Notes under the pieces: model-generated | Database searches by the model: none | Seen by the model: the letters and a program-made list of their open reading frames with translations, nothing else | Told to the model about the DNA's origin: nothing | In this document: in pieces, positions 35,434 to 47,507 of the stretch | Layout of the letters: each line of letters opens with the position of its first letter | Numbering within the stretch: the stretch's first letter is position 1 | Made by a program: the position numbers and the translations under genes | NCBI GenBank assembly: GCA_001599295.1 | Contig: BCGN01000010.1 | Coordinates: 62,001 to 126,000, forward strand | Length of the DNA stretch: 64,000 nt | Direction: 5' to 3' | Origin: Sporopachydermia quercuum | Taxonomy: Eukaryota

Positions 35434-36841
35434 GTTATAAGTAGTGAAAATGCAGTCAGGATCTTGATTCTATATGATAATAGGGAAGTGTTAGTAAATA
35501 ATCAATCCTCAGCTTTCGCTGATAGTTGAATTGTGAATATGCTCAGCAGTTACAGCTTAGAGGATAAAGGACATCTCCAATACCTGACTCAAAAAACATA
35601 GAATGTTAAATTCACTACAGCTGTTGTATCAACCAACTTCAAGTATTACTAGACAAATATCATAATAAAGAGACGAATGAATATTAAATACAATAGGACT
35701 TTCTTCAAAGAAAGATTCAATGATGAACAGACAGAAATTTCATCTCTTTCTGGATAAAACGATCACGTGGAGTAAATTTTCTGTTTCTAGATTTAAGGTT
35801 AATAATATTTGATTTAAATATAAAACAATAGTTCTGTATTACAATTAACAGCATGGAGTCTTCAATTATGGCATAAATGAACATTTGAAGTCTTCTCTTA
35901 ATTATTTATTGCATAACAGAGGCAATTCAATGGTTTACTCTCCATTGTTTATGTTAAAGTATGGAGAAGTCAAATTAAATTCAGGATTGAAAACCAAACC
36001 CTGTTAAGGTTATTATTAATGTTTAAACCTAAAACCTTTTTCAGAAGACTACGAGAAGCGGTTGAAAACGTTGATTATTGCTCTCCATTGAACCAAGTTG
36101 CTGATCCATCTTACACTTACCATATGGATTTGCCCTCTTTTGTTGGAGTAAGATATTATACCTACATACATAGAGAGCTAAGTACCTATTTTTTTGGTCT
36201 CAAACCGGAAGACCCACTATACTCGTATCTTCACATTTTTCATCTATTAACAGTTGGCATGAACTCTAATTGACAACCACACTAACTTCCAAACTTTAGC
36301 TTCCATTCTCAGCTGTATTCCTTTTCATGGCAAATATTGAAAGCCGAAGTTTCTTTTTTCTATTCTTCAGCAAATTAATGAGCTATCTGTAGAACTATTG
36401 GCTGTCTCTATTATTGTTGTTTTAACAAGAGAAATAGAATCAGAAGGTGGAAGTGGCTCTGCTGTACCACATTTATAGCTTCTTAGTCATTAGAATCTTA
36501 CAGACAGCAGAAGAGTTTGCCGGAAGGTGTTGATCATTTAGCAGATCAATTTACAAGAACAGGAGATCAATTAAACGATCGACAAATGTCTATTATTCAA
36601 AATTAATAATTTATATGTAATCGGCGGCTTATTTTCTCGGAAAACTGAAAATTTTGATTGCTTAATACAAACACTGCACTATTCTTCTATCACGACATAC
36701 CATCTACTGTTAGCCTTCATTCCTTTTCAGACTAACTGATCAACCTGTTATAACCGCACATACTAAACGTCAAGCTCACATCAAGGAAACAGAATGAGTT
36801 GCCATACTGTAATAATATAGCCATAAAACAGCTACGACACT

Positions 36842-38089
36842 ATGAATAAAAGTACTGACACGTCTATTGGTGAAAATACCAATAGTATCACCGTTGATAC
36901 TTCTATCACACCGACATCTACTACTTCACCTGATTATATAATACCTCTTATGACCGACGATAGCAAACCTCAAGGAAATCAGATCATTGGTGCAACGACG
37001 GCTGGTATAAGAGCTATCATGAACCAAATTTCAACCGTTTATTTAAGAACACCAGCAAAATTATTTCGACCAAGCAGATTTGACTATTTGGCTCTTGCTA
37101 GACTAATGAACACGGAAATGACCAAAGGACCTTGGAGACTGTCGACGCATTCAGGGCCTGCGCTATTATACAACGCTGTTAAGAAATACGGTTGGAGTTT
37201 CATACCAAACCAGGTTCTACCTCCGTTAATAGCAAATTCTGCTACCGGTGTTGTTCTATACACAGCTTATTTAGTTATGCTGGAAGCAATGGCTCCAGGG
37301 GCCTCATCGCCATCACCATTGAATAGTCCTCCAAGTCCTCTAACCACATTCAAAGCAGGATTTATTGCTGGTGCTTTGCAATCAGTAACAGCTGCACCTT
37401 TGGATGCCATCTATACCAGATATTCAATTTCAGAGCTTCTAGAGTCAAAATATAAGAATATGTGGCAATTTGGCATTCACAAACTAAAGGAAATTGGTCC
37501 TACTGGTGTTTTTGCTGGTTTCGGTATTAGTTTATTGAAGGAAAGTTTTGGATTTGGATTCTATTTCAGTACGTTTGAAACAGTGAAAAACCAAGGTTAT
37601 AACTTCACAGTAAGTATTATCCTTACTTGGAAACAAATGATCAACAGATTGAGAGCATTTGCCAATCCAAACTATGTCATTGACGTAGAAGCAGAGAACA
37701 AGATAGAGAGAACCAGAAGTAAGAAGATTCTTGTCTCAACGTTTATTTTATTAGCTGGAGCTTGTGCTGCTGCCAGTTTACAATTGGTCCAGTATCCTTT
37801 CGATAAAGTACAGAGCATTCATTTATCACGGTTGGAAACATTAGATATAGCAGATAAAAGAAGTACCAAAGGCCATTTCATCAAACTGTATATATCAGCT
37901 TATAGAGACACTTTTCAACATATTGTTAAAGTGAAAGAGAAGACTAACGTTAGTTGGATTCAATGGGGATATAAAGGATGGTTCAGAAATGCAGCAACAA
38001 CAATACCAGCTACCAGCGTCGGACTGCTAGTGTTTGAGATAATGAGAACAAAGTACGCAAATGAGTATGAGCTTATGATGAGTCCATGA
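36842..38089 (+). CDS. Divergent mitochondrial carrier family protein
   Basis: Carrier signatures Px[DE]xx[KR]-like (APLDAIYTR, YPFDKVQ), GVFAGFG, YKGWFRN; fungal LRTPAKLFRPSRFDY block. Confidence 0.8.
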   Translation: MNKSTDTSIGENTNSITVDTSITPTSTTSPDYIIPLMTDDSKPQGNQIIGATTAGIRAIMNQISTVYLRTPAKLFRPSRFDYLALARLMNTEMTKGPWRLSTHSGPALLYNAVKKYGWSFIPNQVLPPLIANSATGVVLYTAYLVMLEAMAPGASSPSPLNSPPSPLTTFKAGFIAGALQSVTAAPLDAIYTRYSISELLESKYKNMWQFGIHKLKEIGPTGVFAGFGISLLKESFGFGFYFSTFETVKNQGYNFTVSIILTWKQMINRLRAFANPNYVIDVEAENKIERTRSKKILVSTFILLAGACAAASLQLVQYPFDKVQSIHLSRLETLDIADKRSTKGHFIKLYISAYRDTFQHIVKVKEKTNVSWIQWGYKGWFRNAATTIPATSVGLLVFEIMRTKYANEYELMMSP

Positions 38090-38430
38090 GAAATCAATGA
38101 GGTTTAGATTAGAATTATATTAGAATTAGGCTAGAATGAACTGGAATATATTTATATGACTGAAAGAGAGATAAATAGATATGTAAAATAAACACATAGG
38201 GAATCATATTCGTAGGTCTACAACGTACCATGTAGCACTTTTTTTAGATACTCAACAAAAGAATAAACATTTGGGAATTTTGTATTTGTTGTTACATAAC
38301 GGATAATAACGCATAGCTCATTGTCAGCATAGTTCTACAATGGACTTACATCTTATATCCTCTTGTTAATGGTATAAGATACTCAACGTGACTACTACTA
38401 ACTTGGGTACTCCTTTTGACAAAAAATCTT

Positions 38431-39231
38431 CTAATTAAGCTTGCCAATTCTTTTCAAATAAGCATCCCAGCCAGCCTTTTGATATCTAGCTCCTTCTACA
38501 GCAGGATCACGACCTTTGGCAAACAATCCTCTACCAACAATTATAATATCTGAACCATTAGCAACAACCTCATCAACAGTTCTATATTGTTGTCCTAAGC
38601 TATCACCTTTATCATCGAGACCAACACCAGGAGTCATGATCAGCCAATCGAATCCTTCTTCCTCACCTCCCATCCTATTCTGAGCAATAAAACCTATAAC
38701 AAAATCCTTATTGCTTTTGGCCATCTCAACTGTTTTCCTAGTATATTCACCAGAGGCAAGTGAACCCTTGGAACTCAACTCAGCTAGCATCAAAAGACCT
38801 CTTGGGTCACTGGTAGTTTCAAATGCTGCTTCGTATAATCCTTGGATGATGCCTTCACCGGTAACTCCATGGGCATTTGTTATATCTGCCCATTTGGCTA
38901 TTTTATAAACACCACCAGAATACTGTGCTTTTACTGTTGATCCGATATCAGCAAACTTCCTGTCTTCAAATATCATGAACTTATGCTTTTTTGCTAGTTC
39001 CAGGAAGGGAACAACTGTTCCTTCGTATGTGAAATCGTCAATGAGATCCATATGAGTCTTAGCCAGAGAAATGAAGGGCCCCAGTGTATCAGCAAGCTTT
39101 AGAAACTCAGCAGTAGTTCTCACGTCAAAGGAAGCACAGAGGTTTGATTGTTTCTCTTCCATTAGATTTAAGAGCTTGGTTGCAACTGGAGCAGTGTGAG
39201 ACTCGGCTCTTTGCTTATACGATAATGCCAT
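38431..39231 (-). CDS. URA3: Orotidine-5'-phosphate decarboxylase
   Basis: [51 protein letters not shown]. First ATG is at 39231. Confidence 0.99.
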   Translation of the reverse strand: MALSYKQRAESHTAPVATKLLNLMEEKQSNLCASFDVRTTAEFLKLADTLGPFISLAKTHMDLIDDFTYEGTVVPFLELAKKHKFMIFEDRKFADIGSTVKAQYSGGVYKIAKWADITNAHGVTGEGIIQGLYEAAFETTSDPRGLLMLAELSSKGSLASGEYTRKTVEMAKSNKDFVIGFIAQNRMGGEEEGFDWLIMTPGVGLDDKGDSLGQQYRTVDEVVANGSDIIIVGRGLFAKGRDPAVEGARYQKAGWDAYLKRIGKLN

Positions 39232-39708
39232 CGCTGATATGCTGAAGAGTAGATTATGCAACAAATAAAATGAAAGACGAAACTGATTCTTCGTCGATCA
39301 ACAATAGTGAAATTAATCAATGCTATAAAGTATAATATATAGCTATTTTTGCTGATGTATTCAACCGAATTGTTGCTAAATCGTTAGACTGTTAGTGTCT
39401 CAACCTCAGGAGATAAGCAGCAAACTCAATACAATGCTAATAGGAGCCAAAAGGCAGAATAACAGTTGGATGGACTGATTCATAATTGACTTACCGGACT
39501 GTCAAATAGTACAATAAAATGCTAATAGATGCTAATATACCTGGAAGGCATAAAGGAGCAAATAAACTACAAATGGCGAGCAATTATACGATTATATACA
39601 TTGATATAATACACTAATTCATTCGATGGCCTTATAAATAAAAAAAAATGATTTCTTTATGTAAATGGGAAAAACGTCTCATTACAGGTAAATATAAGTT
39701 CAGACCTC

Positions 39709-39748
39709 CACGTGACTTAGCACGTGATATCAGTTTTAGGTCACGTGA
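39709..39748. promoter_or_regulatory. Cluster of three CACGTG (bHLH, Cbf1/Pho4-type) sites upstream of URA3
   Basis: CACGTG at 39709, 39721 and 39742. Confidence 0.6.
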
Positions 39749-40076
39749 TTTAGTATAAGAAGTTATTGGTTATCTCGCTGGTCCTTGTTATACAAGGAAA
39801 AGACTGCAATGATCCCCTATAAACTAAAGAATTCACTACAAATATACTGGNTATGATGATGTGGATAAGCTACTCGATTCCATTGTAGAACGCGTACTCT
39901 CTAAAGCTGGATTGGTTATAGTCAATTGCACAATCAGTGAATATTCATGATAAGTACTGTGACTGATGACCCAGATTACCACAATAAAACCCAAAACAAA
40001 CAGAATAAGAGTCTACTACATCCCTGATAAAGCAGTTCCATTTATCTTCATTTACTCTTAGTGCACCCATCTAGGT

Positions 40077-42185
40077 TCAATCGAAATATGTCCTTCCTCC
40101 AGCCCTTGTCCATTGAGTTGCTAGGGTATTACAATTTAGAGCATCGCAATATTTTAAAAAAGCATTCCTGTTGCTTATTTCGACATTCAGACAACCGTCA
40201 AGTATCAAATGGTTCACATGTAAATAACAATTCAAATCATCTGGCCTCTCTGTTCTTCTTCTCTTAGCCTTCTTCTTAGATCCTCGGGCAACATCAAGTA
40301 GCTGCAGTAGCGAGTATGTAGTTATTGATGTGAATGACAAATCAAGTATTTTCAGATTAATCACTTCTCCTTCTTGCTGTGCTTTTCTAATGTATTCTCC
40401 CCAAAGAGCAAATCTTGCTTCCTCTAACATACTACAACATGCCAGAGTCATTTCACTTAGTAGAGGGAATTCTTTCAAAAAGGAGATGAAATACTGTTCT
40501 AAAGGTACACTGTTGGTTTCTGATGACCTTGTGAATCTAGAAGGAAACCTGATGCCTCTGAAATTCTCAGGATGTAATTTTCCAATGATGATCTGGAAGT
40601 ATTCCTCTGGAATTGTACTTTTGACAAAATCCAGTACTTTCAAGCTCTCTAACGATGAGCATTCATTGATAGCTTCATTGAATCTAGTTTTATCAACTGC
40701 TTCGTTGCCATTAGGAATGGCCTCTCTTATTCTTATTTCCTCTAGATTTGAACAGTATTTCAGCACTCTAAATAGTTCAAACCACGGTATAGGCATCTTG
40801 TCAACTTGAAGCACGCGCAAATCAGAACTCCATCTGAGTAATTGAAGAGATGCCATTGGCTTCGTAATGAAAGTGTCTGATAGTCGTATATGTTGTAAGT
40901 TGCATATAGGAAGAGATTTTAGAGCTTGAACCACTGCGTAGCCTTGCAGCATGTACGAATCCACTGGTGTAATGTCGAGAGACTTCAAAATCAAGCTGAA
41001 TGTTTTTAAAGTACCATCAGTGAACTCTTCAGGGGTTTCCATGTCATCATTTTCAGGTGAATCCTCAGAAACAGCAGGAATCTCTGGCCAGTAAGGCATG
41101 TTCCTATATGATTCTAGTAGCCCATGACCAAATGGATCTGGTTCACATCGTAATATCAAATGCACTGCTTTGAGATTCTTACATTTCCTTGCCAGTAGAG
41201 GTAAGTATGAAAGGTTGGACTTAGCAAATAAGGTGAACTCTTTCAGATAATTCATCTTGTCGATAGTATTCACCAGACGTTTAGTCAGCTCAAAATCTGA
41301 GCATGCCATTCCTATAGTCAATTTCCTGTATGGAATATTATAATTGCTGATCATCCCAATAAATCTTTTAACGTCCTTTAGGCGTATCTTTGCTATCTCC
41401 AAGCTTACAGTTGAATGACAAGGATTATTCTCATCAACNGGATACGTGAAAGGCTCTAAACACTCCTTTAGAAAGTCAGGATCAGATTCCTGTGCTGATA
41501 GGGAAATTTCAGAAAAAAGGTTTCTGTTGGACCTTATAAACAGGTTCCATTCAAGGCAGACATCCATACATATTCGTAGCTCTTTAACAGATAAATAATA
41601 AAATATCCTATACAGAATTTCTGGGGGAAGATTTGATAATGTGATTTTCGTCTCTTGCTTCTGCTCGATATTTTGTCTCTTTTTCAGTACTTCCAAATAT
41701 ACTCTTTTTAATATATTCAAAGATTTCTGCAATTGGTTATTCTTTTCGTTTACATTGCCTGAACGACCTTCCAATGACGAGTTATCCTTAATAGCTTGAT
41801 GGATCACTTTGATACCTCGGTTGTAAATTTTAAGAGCGCTTTCATGCTTCCTAGTCATTTGGTATAACTTTCCAAGTAAAAGGTATCGTTTAGGAGGAAC
41901 CGGATCAATTCTGAGCATACATAATAAGCCTTTGATTGCATTTGAGATACTCTTCATTCTATCAGGATCTCTGATGGAAAGTATACTCGTTTCCCCGAGA
42001 TCGTATGAAACGAACCCATCATAGTTCAGTATGAGAAACTGTCTGCATTGTTGATTAGTCACTGACTTTTTGACGATCTCATTTATTTGACTTCTAATAT
42101 ATGATAGATCTTTATTACCATGTTTTAATCTTTTGATTGCCCAGGCTAAGGATTCGAGATGCTCCTTATAGCTTCCATCATTCAT
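40077..42185 (-). CDS. TPR, F-box and LRR protein (Dia2/Pof3-like SCF substrate receptor)
   Basis: TPR-like YLLLGKLYQM...ALKIYNRGI, F-box LSNLPPEILYRIFYYL...VCLEW, C-terminal LRRs (LKILDLSFTSIT, LILDGC). Confidence 0.75.
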   Translation of the reverse strand: MNDGSYKEHLESLAWAIKRLKHGNKDLSYIRSQINEIVKKSVTNQQCRQFLILNYDGFVSYDLGETSILSIRDPDRMKSISNAIKGLLCMLRIDPVPPKRYLLLGKLYQMTRKHESALKIYNRGIKVIHQAIKDNSSLEGRSGNVNEKNNQLQKSLNILKRVYLEVLKKRQNIEQKQETKITLSNLPPEILYRIFYYLSVKELRICMDVCLEWNLFIRSNRNLFSEISLSAQESDPDFLKECLEPFTYXVDENNPCHSTVSLEIAKIRLKDVKRFIGMISNYNIPYRKLTIGMACSDFELTKRLVNTIDKMNYLKEFTLFAKSNLSYLPLLARKCKNLKAVHLILRCEPDPFGHGLLESYRNMPYWPEIPAVSEDSPENDDMETPEEFTDGTLKTFSLILKSLDITPVDSYMLQGYAVVQALKSLPICNLQHIRLSDTFITKPMASLQLLRWSSDLRVLQVDKMPIPWFELFRVLKYCSNLEEIRIREAIPNGNEAVDKTRFNEAINECSSLESLKVLDFVKSTIPEEYFQIIIGKLHPENFRGIRFPSRFTRSSETNSVPLEQYFISFLKEFPLLSEMTLACCSMLEEARFALWGEYIRKAQQEGEVINLKILDLSFTSITTYSLLQLLDVARGSKKKAKRRRTERPDDLNCYLHVNHLILDGCLNVEISNRNAFLKYCDALNCNTLATQWTRAGGRTYFD

Positions 42186-42864
42186 ATTTCAGTCAATGAC
42201 ATACAGCACGTCTTATAACAACTGGAATCTGATAATAAAACAATATCCTAGTTGCTGAAATATTCAGACGTTCCTTAAATCAGAATAATGAGTAACGTTA
42301 ACTAATAGATAATAAACTGCAACAGAATGATAACGAAAAACCTCAGATCAACAGCGTGTCAAATTGAGTTCTATTGTCTATGCAAGATTATGCATACACA
42401 TGCATATATTTTATAGGTCAAATATCTGCATATACACTGCATACAATATGAACCTTATTTTGTAAATCAGATAGAAAAATTCAATATTTATATAAGCAGA
42501 GCTTTTTTGACATTTATTTAATCATTTGTATATCACAACTGAGTGGACTCATCAGATAATGAACTGTGTAATCGAAATCAGCTATCATCCAACGTCAAAA
42601 GTTATTCATAACCTTTTTCATGAAGGTGAGTAATCATTTTGACGGAAGAGTATTCTTCGTTTCTTGCTCTTGTGTGATCAAATATTAGGACAGGAAAACT
42701 ACTTCTATACTACAATTGTTTTAAGTATAGAAAGAAATAAATAAAATTATGAAATATCTTAGATTAAACTATTAGCATTACAATACAATGCAACACAAAG
42801 AGTAACGCTACATTAATATACATTTCCACATTACATCTGAATAAACAGCCAGATCATGAGGATA

Positions 42865-42897
42865 CNATTATTGGATAAATCGATTATTGGATAAATC
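42865..42897. repeat. 16-bp tandem duplication (C[N/G]ATTATTGGATAAAT)x2
   Basis: Direct repeat read from the sequence, just downstream of the ATG26 stop. Confidence 0.85.
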
Positions 42898-42956
42898 AAT
42901 AAATTGGTCTGCTCCAAATCTTTGCTTCTATTACTCTGAGGACTCATCAAACGACT

Positions 42957-45900
42957 TCAAAGAACTTGCCATGAGCCGGATTCACTTGATTTGCTATCGT
43001 CACTACTGGCACCGTCCTCTTCTTCTGCAACTGCTGCAACTGTTGCAGCTTTATGGCTGGCATCATCTTTTGACAGCTCAAAACTCTGGATTACATCTGC
43101 ACTTACTTCATAAGTATCATTTGATTCTCCTTTGCCTCTTCTGAATAAAGACGAAGATCTTTTGGCTGCTTCTCTCTTCTTTCTGGTTAACTCTTGCGAA
43201 TAGTTCAAATAACGATATATAGTTTGAATAGCCTTAGCAACACCATTTTCTTCTTGTATTCTCTTGCCAACGATTCTAGCACGATCAATGATTCGTTCAT
43301 TAGTAGTTACTTCAATCAGGGCCTTAGAGAATAGCGCTACCGTTAACTTCCTCAAATGCAACCCGGCTCCAATGTCTTCTACTCTATTAGCATAAAAAAA
43401 CTGATCACCAAAGAATGGTTTAATGATAGTTGGTAGACCTGATCTTAAAGAAGCACCTGTGGTACCTGATCCACCATGATGAACAGCAGCATCAATCTGT
43501 GGGAACAGCCAATCATGAGGAATCGAATCAATGTTGTATATTTCTGGTGGGAATTCAATTTCTGGCAGATTTGCGTCTTCGGCACTCTTCCCTCTATCTG
43601 ACCAGCCTTTGGACAGAATACATCTAACATCAGCTTTCAAGACTGAATCAATAACAGCCTTTGACAACTCTCTTGGATTAGCAACAACAATACTACCAAA
43701 GCCAATATATACGATTTTCTTACCGTCATCACGGGCCTTCTTTATAAATGCTTCTAGTTTACTATCAGGGGTAAAATCGGTCTTTTGGTCTAAAAACCAA
43801 TAACCTGTAACAGTCACCCAATCACTAAAATCGACAGGTGGTGGGAATACTGTTGGACTAACATTATACAGGAATGGCACTTTCCCTTGTTGCATTTTTT
43901 CAAGATTGGTCCGTGGTAAATCTAACACTTCAGTTCGCCATTTATTCACTTGACCGGCAATGCCTTTCCAAAATACGTTCTCAAACATCACATGGGTCAA
44001 ATAATTATATGATCCACCCATTTTCTGTTCAGGAACAATGAAAGCATGAGGATATGCTCTGGTTCTGGACCAAGGCATAGTAAATGCGCGGAAATAAGCA
44101 CATCCTAACGCTTCAGCAATGTGAATACCTGCCATTGCACTGGGGCTTTCAATCAACACGTCAGTACCTTGACAAGCCTCCCATGACGTTATTAGCAACT
44201 CTTCGATCCATGACCTAAATTTGCTTGAAGCATCACGTAAGAATGAAACCGATAAAGAGCCATGTTGAACCATCAATTGCATTAAGTCTGCTGGGTTACC
44301 AGCAATCTCACGGAATCCAATACCCTGTTCTCTAACCCAGTCTCCAAATTCTCCATGACTGGCAATAGTAACCTCATGACCTTCTGCCATAAGTCCCTTA
44401 GCTAATGCAATATATGGTTGAACATCACCACGAGATCCAATGGTAAGACATGTGAAATGAAGCTTCTGATTTGGTTTGCAAGGAAATTCACTGGCTTCGT
44501 TGATAATAATCTTTCTTTCAACCTTGTCCCCAGAAGTACCTGAAGATTCACGAGCTGTCTCGTCCATTGCATCCGTATAAGTCCATATTTTAGCAGAAGA
44601 TATCATTGGATCACTGAAACGATGATTTTTGCTACTCGAATAATCAGATTCCCCGGTAGGAAGAGTGTTATCTGCAGATTCTCCTTCTTCAGAATCCTCC
44701 TCTTCCTGTAACTCGTCAAACTTGTTCATAACTTGAAGCAGTTTTAGTAGAACCTCCACACAGTCATCTCTGCTTGCTTCTGACGAAAACTCAAAGAAGA
44801 TTTCCTCGTGACCCTCAATAACTATCACCAAACCAGAGTATCCAAATCTAAATCCTTTTTCTTTATTAACGTTTTCGATATCCTCAAAAGGTACCATCAT
44901 CTTTGTCTTGACGCCAGGAATCAAGCTGCGATAGCAAAGGTATCCATTACTGAGATATAGTTTACCGTATAATGGGAAAGACTTCTGTAGATAGCAGTAA
45001 TAACTAGCAATCAGATGGTAATGTTCATGAAGAGCAAAATGACTTCTGAACCTATTGTTACTTTCTAACACATACTCTTCAGTGAGTATCTTCTGACTGT
45101 CTGCTGAAATACCACTATATGCATCAATAGGTTCCCCCTTGGCATCTACACTTGCCTCAGCGTAATGTCTGGGCTCATTATACCACATGTCTCCAACTTT
45201 GTTGACAACGGATAATGTATTTTCAACTTTCTTAGTGAGATTTGGTTTAGGGATCCAGCTCGTCCATTTGTTTGAATTCCTTTGAGAGTCAAGCCCATAG
45301 TTGGGATCTTCGGGCAAATCCTTCGTAGAACTGCCTGTTTGAGCTGTTGTTGATGTAGGAGCAGCTGATATGATGCTAGTTTGCTTACCTGATGATAACT
45401 CGTTAGAGTCAGACAAAGACTCAAATTCGATTTTTTCAGGATGATCCTCAGGGCCTTCAGCAAACTTAACAGTACTCTTTGAAAGTCCTTCATCTATACT
45501 ATCATAATTTGGAGAATAATCAGTAGTTTCCTTCTCCATGCTGGAAATATTCTCAGAAGAACTAAATCTAGGAATGGAAATACTCTTACTAAGGTTGCTC
45601 TTGACTTGCCCGATCTTGTCAAAAGCCGTACGAGCAATTGAAGATGGTGATAAACTAAGACTGGATGCTGATTTTCCCACTTCATCGTCTTCTGCGTCGG
45701 CTGGATCAATAGATGTGGCAGATTTCGCAACACCATTCTGTCTATACATAGATGTTGAATCAATCACTTTTTCAGGTGATGTTGTGATACCCTTAGCAAC
45801 ATACTCATCGTGAACGTCATTAACTGTTTTAACCAGATTGTCCAATGCCTCGTCACCATCTTTGAAAAATGCAAAGAAATAGTCATCAACAACAAATGTA

Positions 45901-47507
45901 TCATCATCTTCCAATGTCTTAATTTTCACGGTTTGAGCAATATTATCAAACGCAGTTGCCTCTTCAATATCTAAAATATTAACCAGTGGCAAACCAATTC
46001 TCATACTATTGCCTCTGTTTTGTGCTTGGAATATTTGTTTCTGTAACATGCTTACCCATTCTTTAGCGGCATATGAATTGTCAGTAGAAAATTTGTACGT
46101 AATGCTATCAGTCACAATCCTAAAGGCAGATGGTACCGTGTTATCTCCAGCTAGCGCCGATAATCTATTGAGGAGCGGTAAACGTTTGCCGCCAGCATAA
46201 TCCAACTCGGCTTTTATTACATAGCGAAGATCAATAGTGAGTAAAGAGAAATATAGATCAACACTATTTGAGTGGAGTGTTAAAGAGTTATCTTTCAAGA
46301 CTGCCCAAAGACGTTTTGAACCTTTGACAGTTTTCTTGGTGATGGCGCCACTATGGACGATCTTGCCTTGATTGTTGGGAAGGAAAGCAAGGAAATATAT
46401 ATATTTGTTGGTGATATAAAAGTGACCTCTTAAGAGAACATCCGAAAGAAGCCAAGATCGATAATCGGCAATAAACCTCTCATCAGATTTAATGTCAAAA
46501 AATTCCTTGAGCCTTTCACTTATCAATTGAGCTCGTTGAAGTGACCTAGCTTTCGCAGTTTTCTTATGTCGTCTGGGGATACTTCCAGGCGGCTCCTGAG
46601 CTAATTTGTTGTATTTGAGGATAATGCTTCTATCAAAATCCGAAGTATCATTATGAGTAGTTGGGGTATTGGAACCACCGGTTGATGCTTCTGATTCAAG
46701 GTTTTCAATCGAACCAGTAACAGGAACAGAAGTAGCAGGAGATTCTGTAGGACATTCTGATGGGGATGCTGTAGTAGTTTTTACCATTGGAATAGGTGCA
46801 GAAGTAGGAGTATTTGTGGTTGAATCACTACTAGATTTCTCCTTGAGACTGAACTTCTTTTTCAAGAAAGAGTCTGATTCGGCTGAGTGACCTTCCTCTT
46901 CGTCATCAGAGCCCTCCTCTTCCTGATCCTCTTCGTCGCTCTCACTCTCAACTTCATCTTCATCATCCTGGCCATCATCGTTGGGACGATCCTCAAAGTT
47001 CTTGTAGACAGATGCTGCTGTCAGCATTGATAGTACACTTTTAGCCATACCAACAGGGGCAGCAAAATCCACATTAGAATCAGGTGCTGTAGGCTCTTTC
47101 CTCACACTGCTAGTAAACAACCCAGCACTAACATTAACTTTAAGTGAATTTTTTCTGCTGCTTCTACGAAAAAAAGAGGGTGCAACTGACGATGACATAT
47201 TCTTACCACGAAATATTTCACCTCTGAACTTGTCTCTTGTTCTACCACTTTTCCCATCAGTCCTATCCACAGCAGGTTTATTTAGTTGAATTGATTGTGA
47301 CAACTTGGAGGTACTTGGACCCTTTGTTCTTGACATCAGTTTAGCATATTTACTTTCAAGATCGTCAATAGTTGACATCAATGGTGACTTAGATCGTACA
47401 GGAATATCTCTATCAGCTGTGTTTGTACCTGGAGGTATAGTCACAGGTGGTTGAAGTAATTCTTTGCCTTCATCTTCCCCTTCAGTTGATTTATCTCGGT
47501 TACTCAT
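42957..47507 (-). CDS. ATG26: Sterol 3-beta-glucosyltransferase (GRAM-PH-GRAM-GT28/UDPGT)
   Basis: TIGSRGDVQPY, ESPSAMAGIHIAEAL, PWSRTRAYPHAF, VHHGGSGTTGASLR, PFFGDQ; GRAM and PH domains upstream. Confidence 0.97.
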   Translation of the reverse strand: MSNRDKSTEGEDEGKELLQPPVTIPPGTNTADRDIPVRSKSPLMSTIDDLESKYAKLMSRTKGPSTSKLSQSIQLNKPAVDRTDGKSGRTRDKFRGEIFRGKNMSSSVAPSFFRRSSRKNSLKVNVSAGLFTSSVRKEPTAPDSNVDFAAPVGMAKSVLSMLTAASVYKNFEDRPNDDGQDDEDEVESESDEEDQEEEGSDDEEEGHSAESDSFLKKKFSLKEKSSSDSTTNTPTSAPIPMVKTTTASPSECPTESPATSVPVTGSIENLESEASTGGSNTPTTHNDTSDFDRSIILKYNKLAQEPPGSIPRRHKKTAKARSLQRAQLISERLKEFFDIKSDERFIADYRSWLLSDVLLRGHFYITNKYIYFLAFLPNNQGKIVHSGAITKKTVKGSKRLWAVLKDNSLTLHSNSVDLYFSLLTIDLRYVIKAELDYAGGKRLPLLNRLSALAGDNTVPSAFRIVTDSITYKFSTDNSYAAKEWVSMLQKQIFQAQNRGNSMRIGLPLVNILDIEEATAFDNIAQTVKIKTLEDDDTFVVDDYFFAFFKDGDEALDNLVKTVNDVHDEYVAKGITTSPEKVIDSTSMYRQNGVAKSATSIDPADAEDDEVGKSASSLSLSPSSIARTAFDKIGQVKSNLSKSISIPRFSSSENISSMEKETTDYSPNYDSIDEGLSKSTVKFAEGPEDHPEKIEFESLSDSNELSSGKQTSIISAAPTSTTAQTGSSTKDLPEDPNYGLDSQRNSNKWTSWIPKPNLTKKVENTLSVVNKVGDMWYNEPRHYAEASVDAKGEPIDAYSGISADSQKILTEEYVLESNNRFRSHFALHEHYHLIASYYCYLQKSFPLYGKLYLSNGYLCYRSLIPGVKTKMMVPFEDIENVNKEKGFRFGYSGLVIVIEGHEEIFFEFSSEASRDDCVEVLLKLLQVMNKFDELQEEEDSEEGESADNTLPTGESDYSSSKNHRFSDPMISSAKIWTYTDAMDETARESSGTSGDKVERKIIINEASEFPCKPNQKLHFTCLTIGSRGDVQPYIALAKGLMAEGHEVTIASHGEFGDWVREQGIGFREIAGNPADLMQLMVQHGSLSVSFLRDASSKFRSWIEELLITSWEACQGTDVLIESPSAMAGIHIAEALGCAYFRAFTMPWSRTRAYPHAFIVPEQKMGGSYNYLTHVMFENVFWKGIAGQVNKWRTEVLDLPRTNLEKMQQGKVPFLYNVSPTVFPPPVDFSDWVTVTGYWFLDQKTDFTPDSKLEAFIKKARDDGKKIVYIGFGSIVVANPRELSKAVIDSVLKADVRCILSKGWSDRGKSAEDANLPEIEFPPEIYNIDSIPHDWLFPQIDAAVHHGGSGTTGASLRSGLPTIIKPFFGDQFFYANRVEDIGAGLHLRKLTVALFSKALIEVTTNERIIDRARIVGKRIQEENGVAKAIQTIYRYLNYSQELTRKKREAAKRSSSLFRRGKGESNDTYEVSADVIQSFELSKDDASHKAATVAAVAEEEDGASSDDSKSSESGSWQVL

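Noticed and set aside
38431..39231. CUG codon reassignment to Ser or Ala
   Set aside because: CTG occurs at conserved Leu positions: URA3 W-L-IMTPG, F-L-EL and IS-L-AKTH, and YEF3 [10 protein letters not shown]. The standard code fits.
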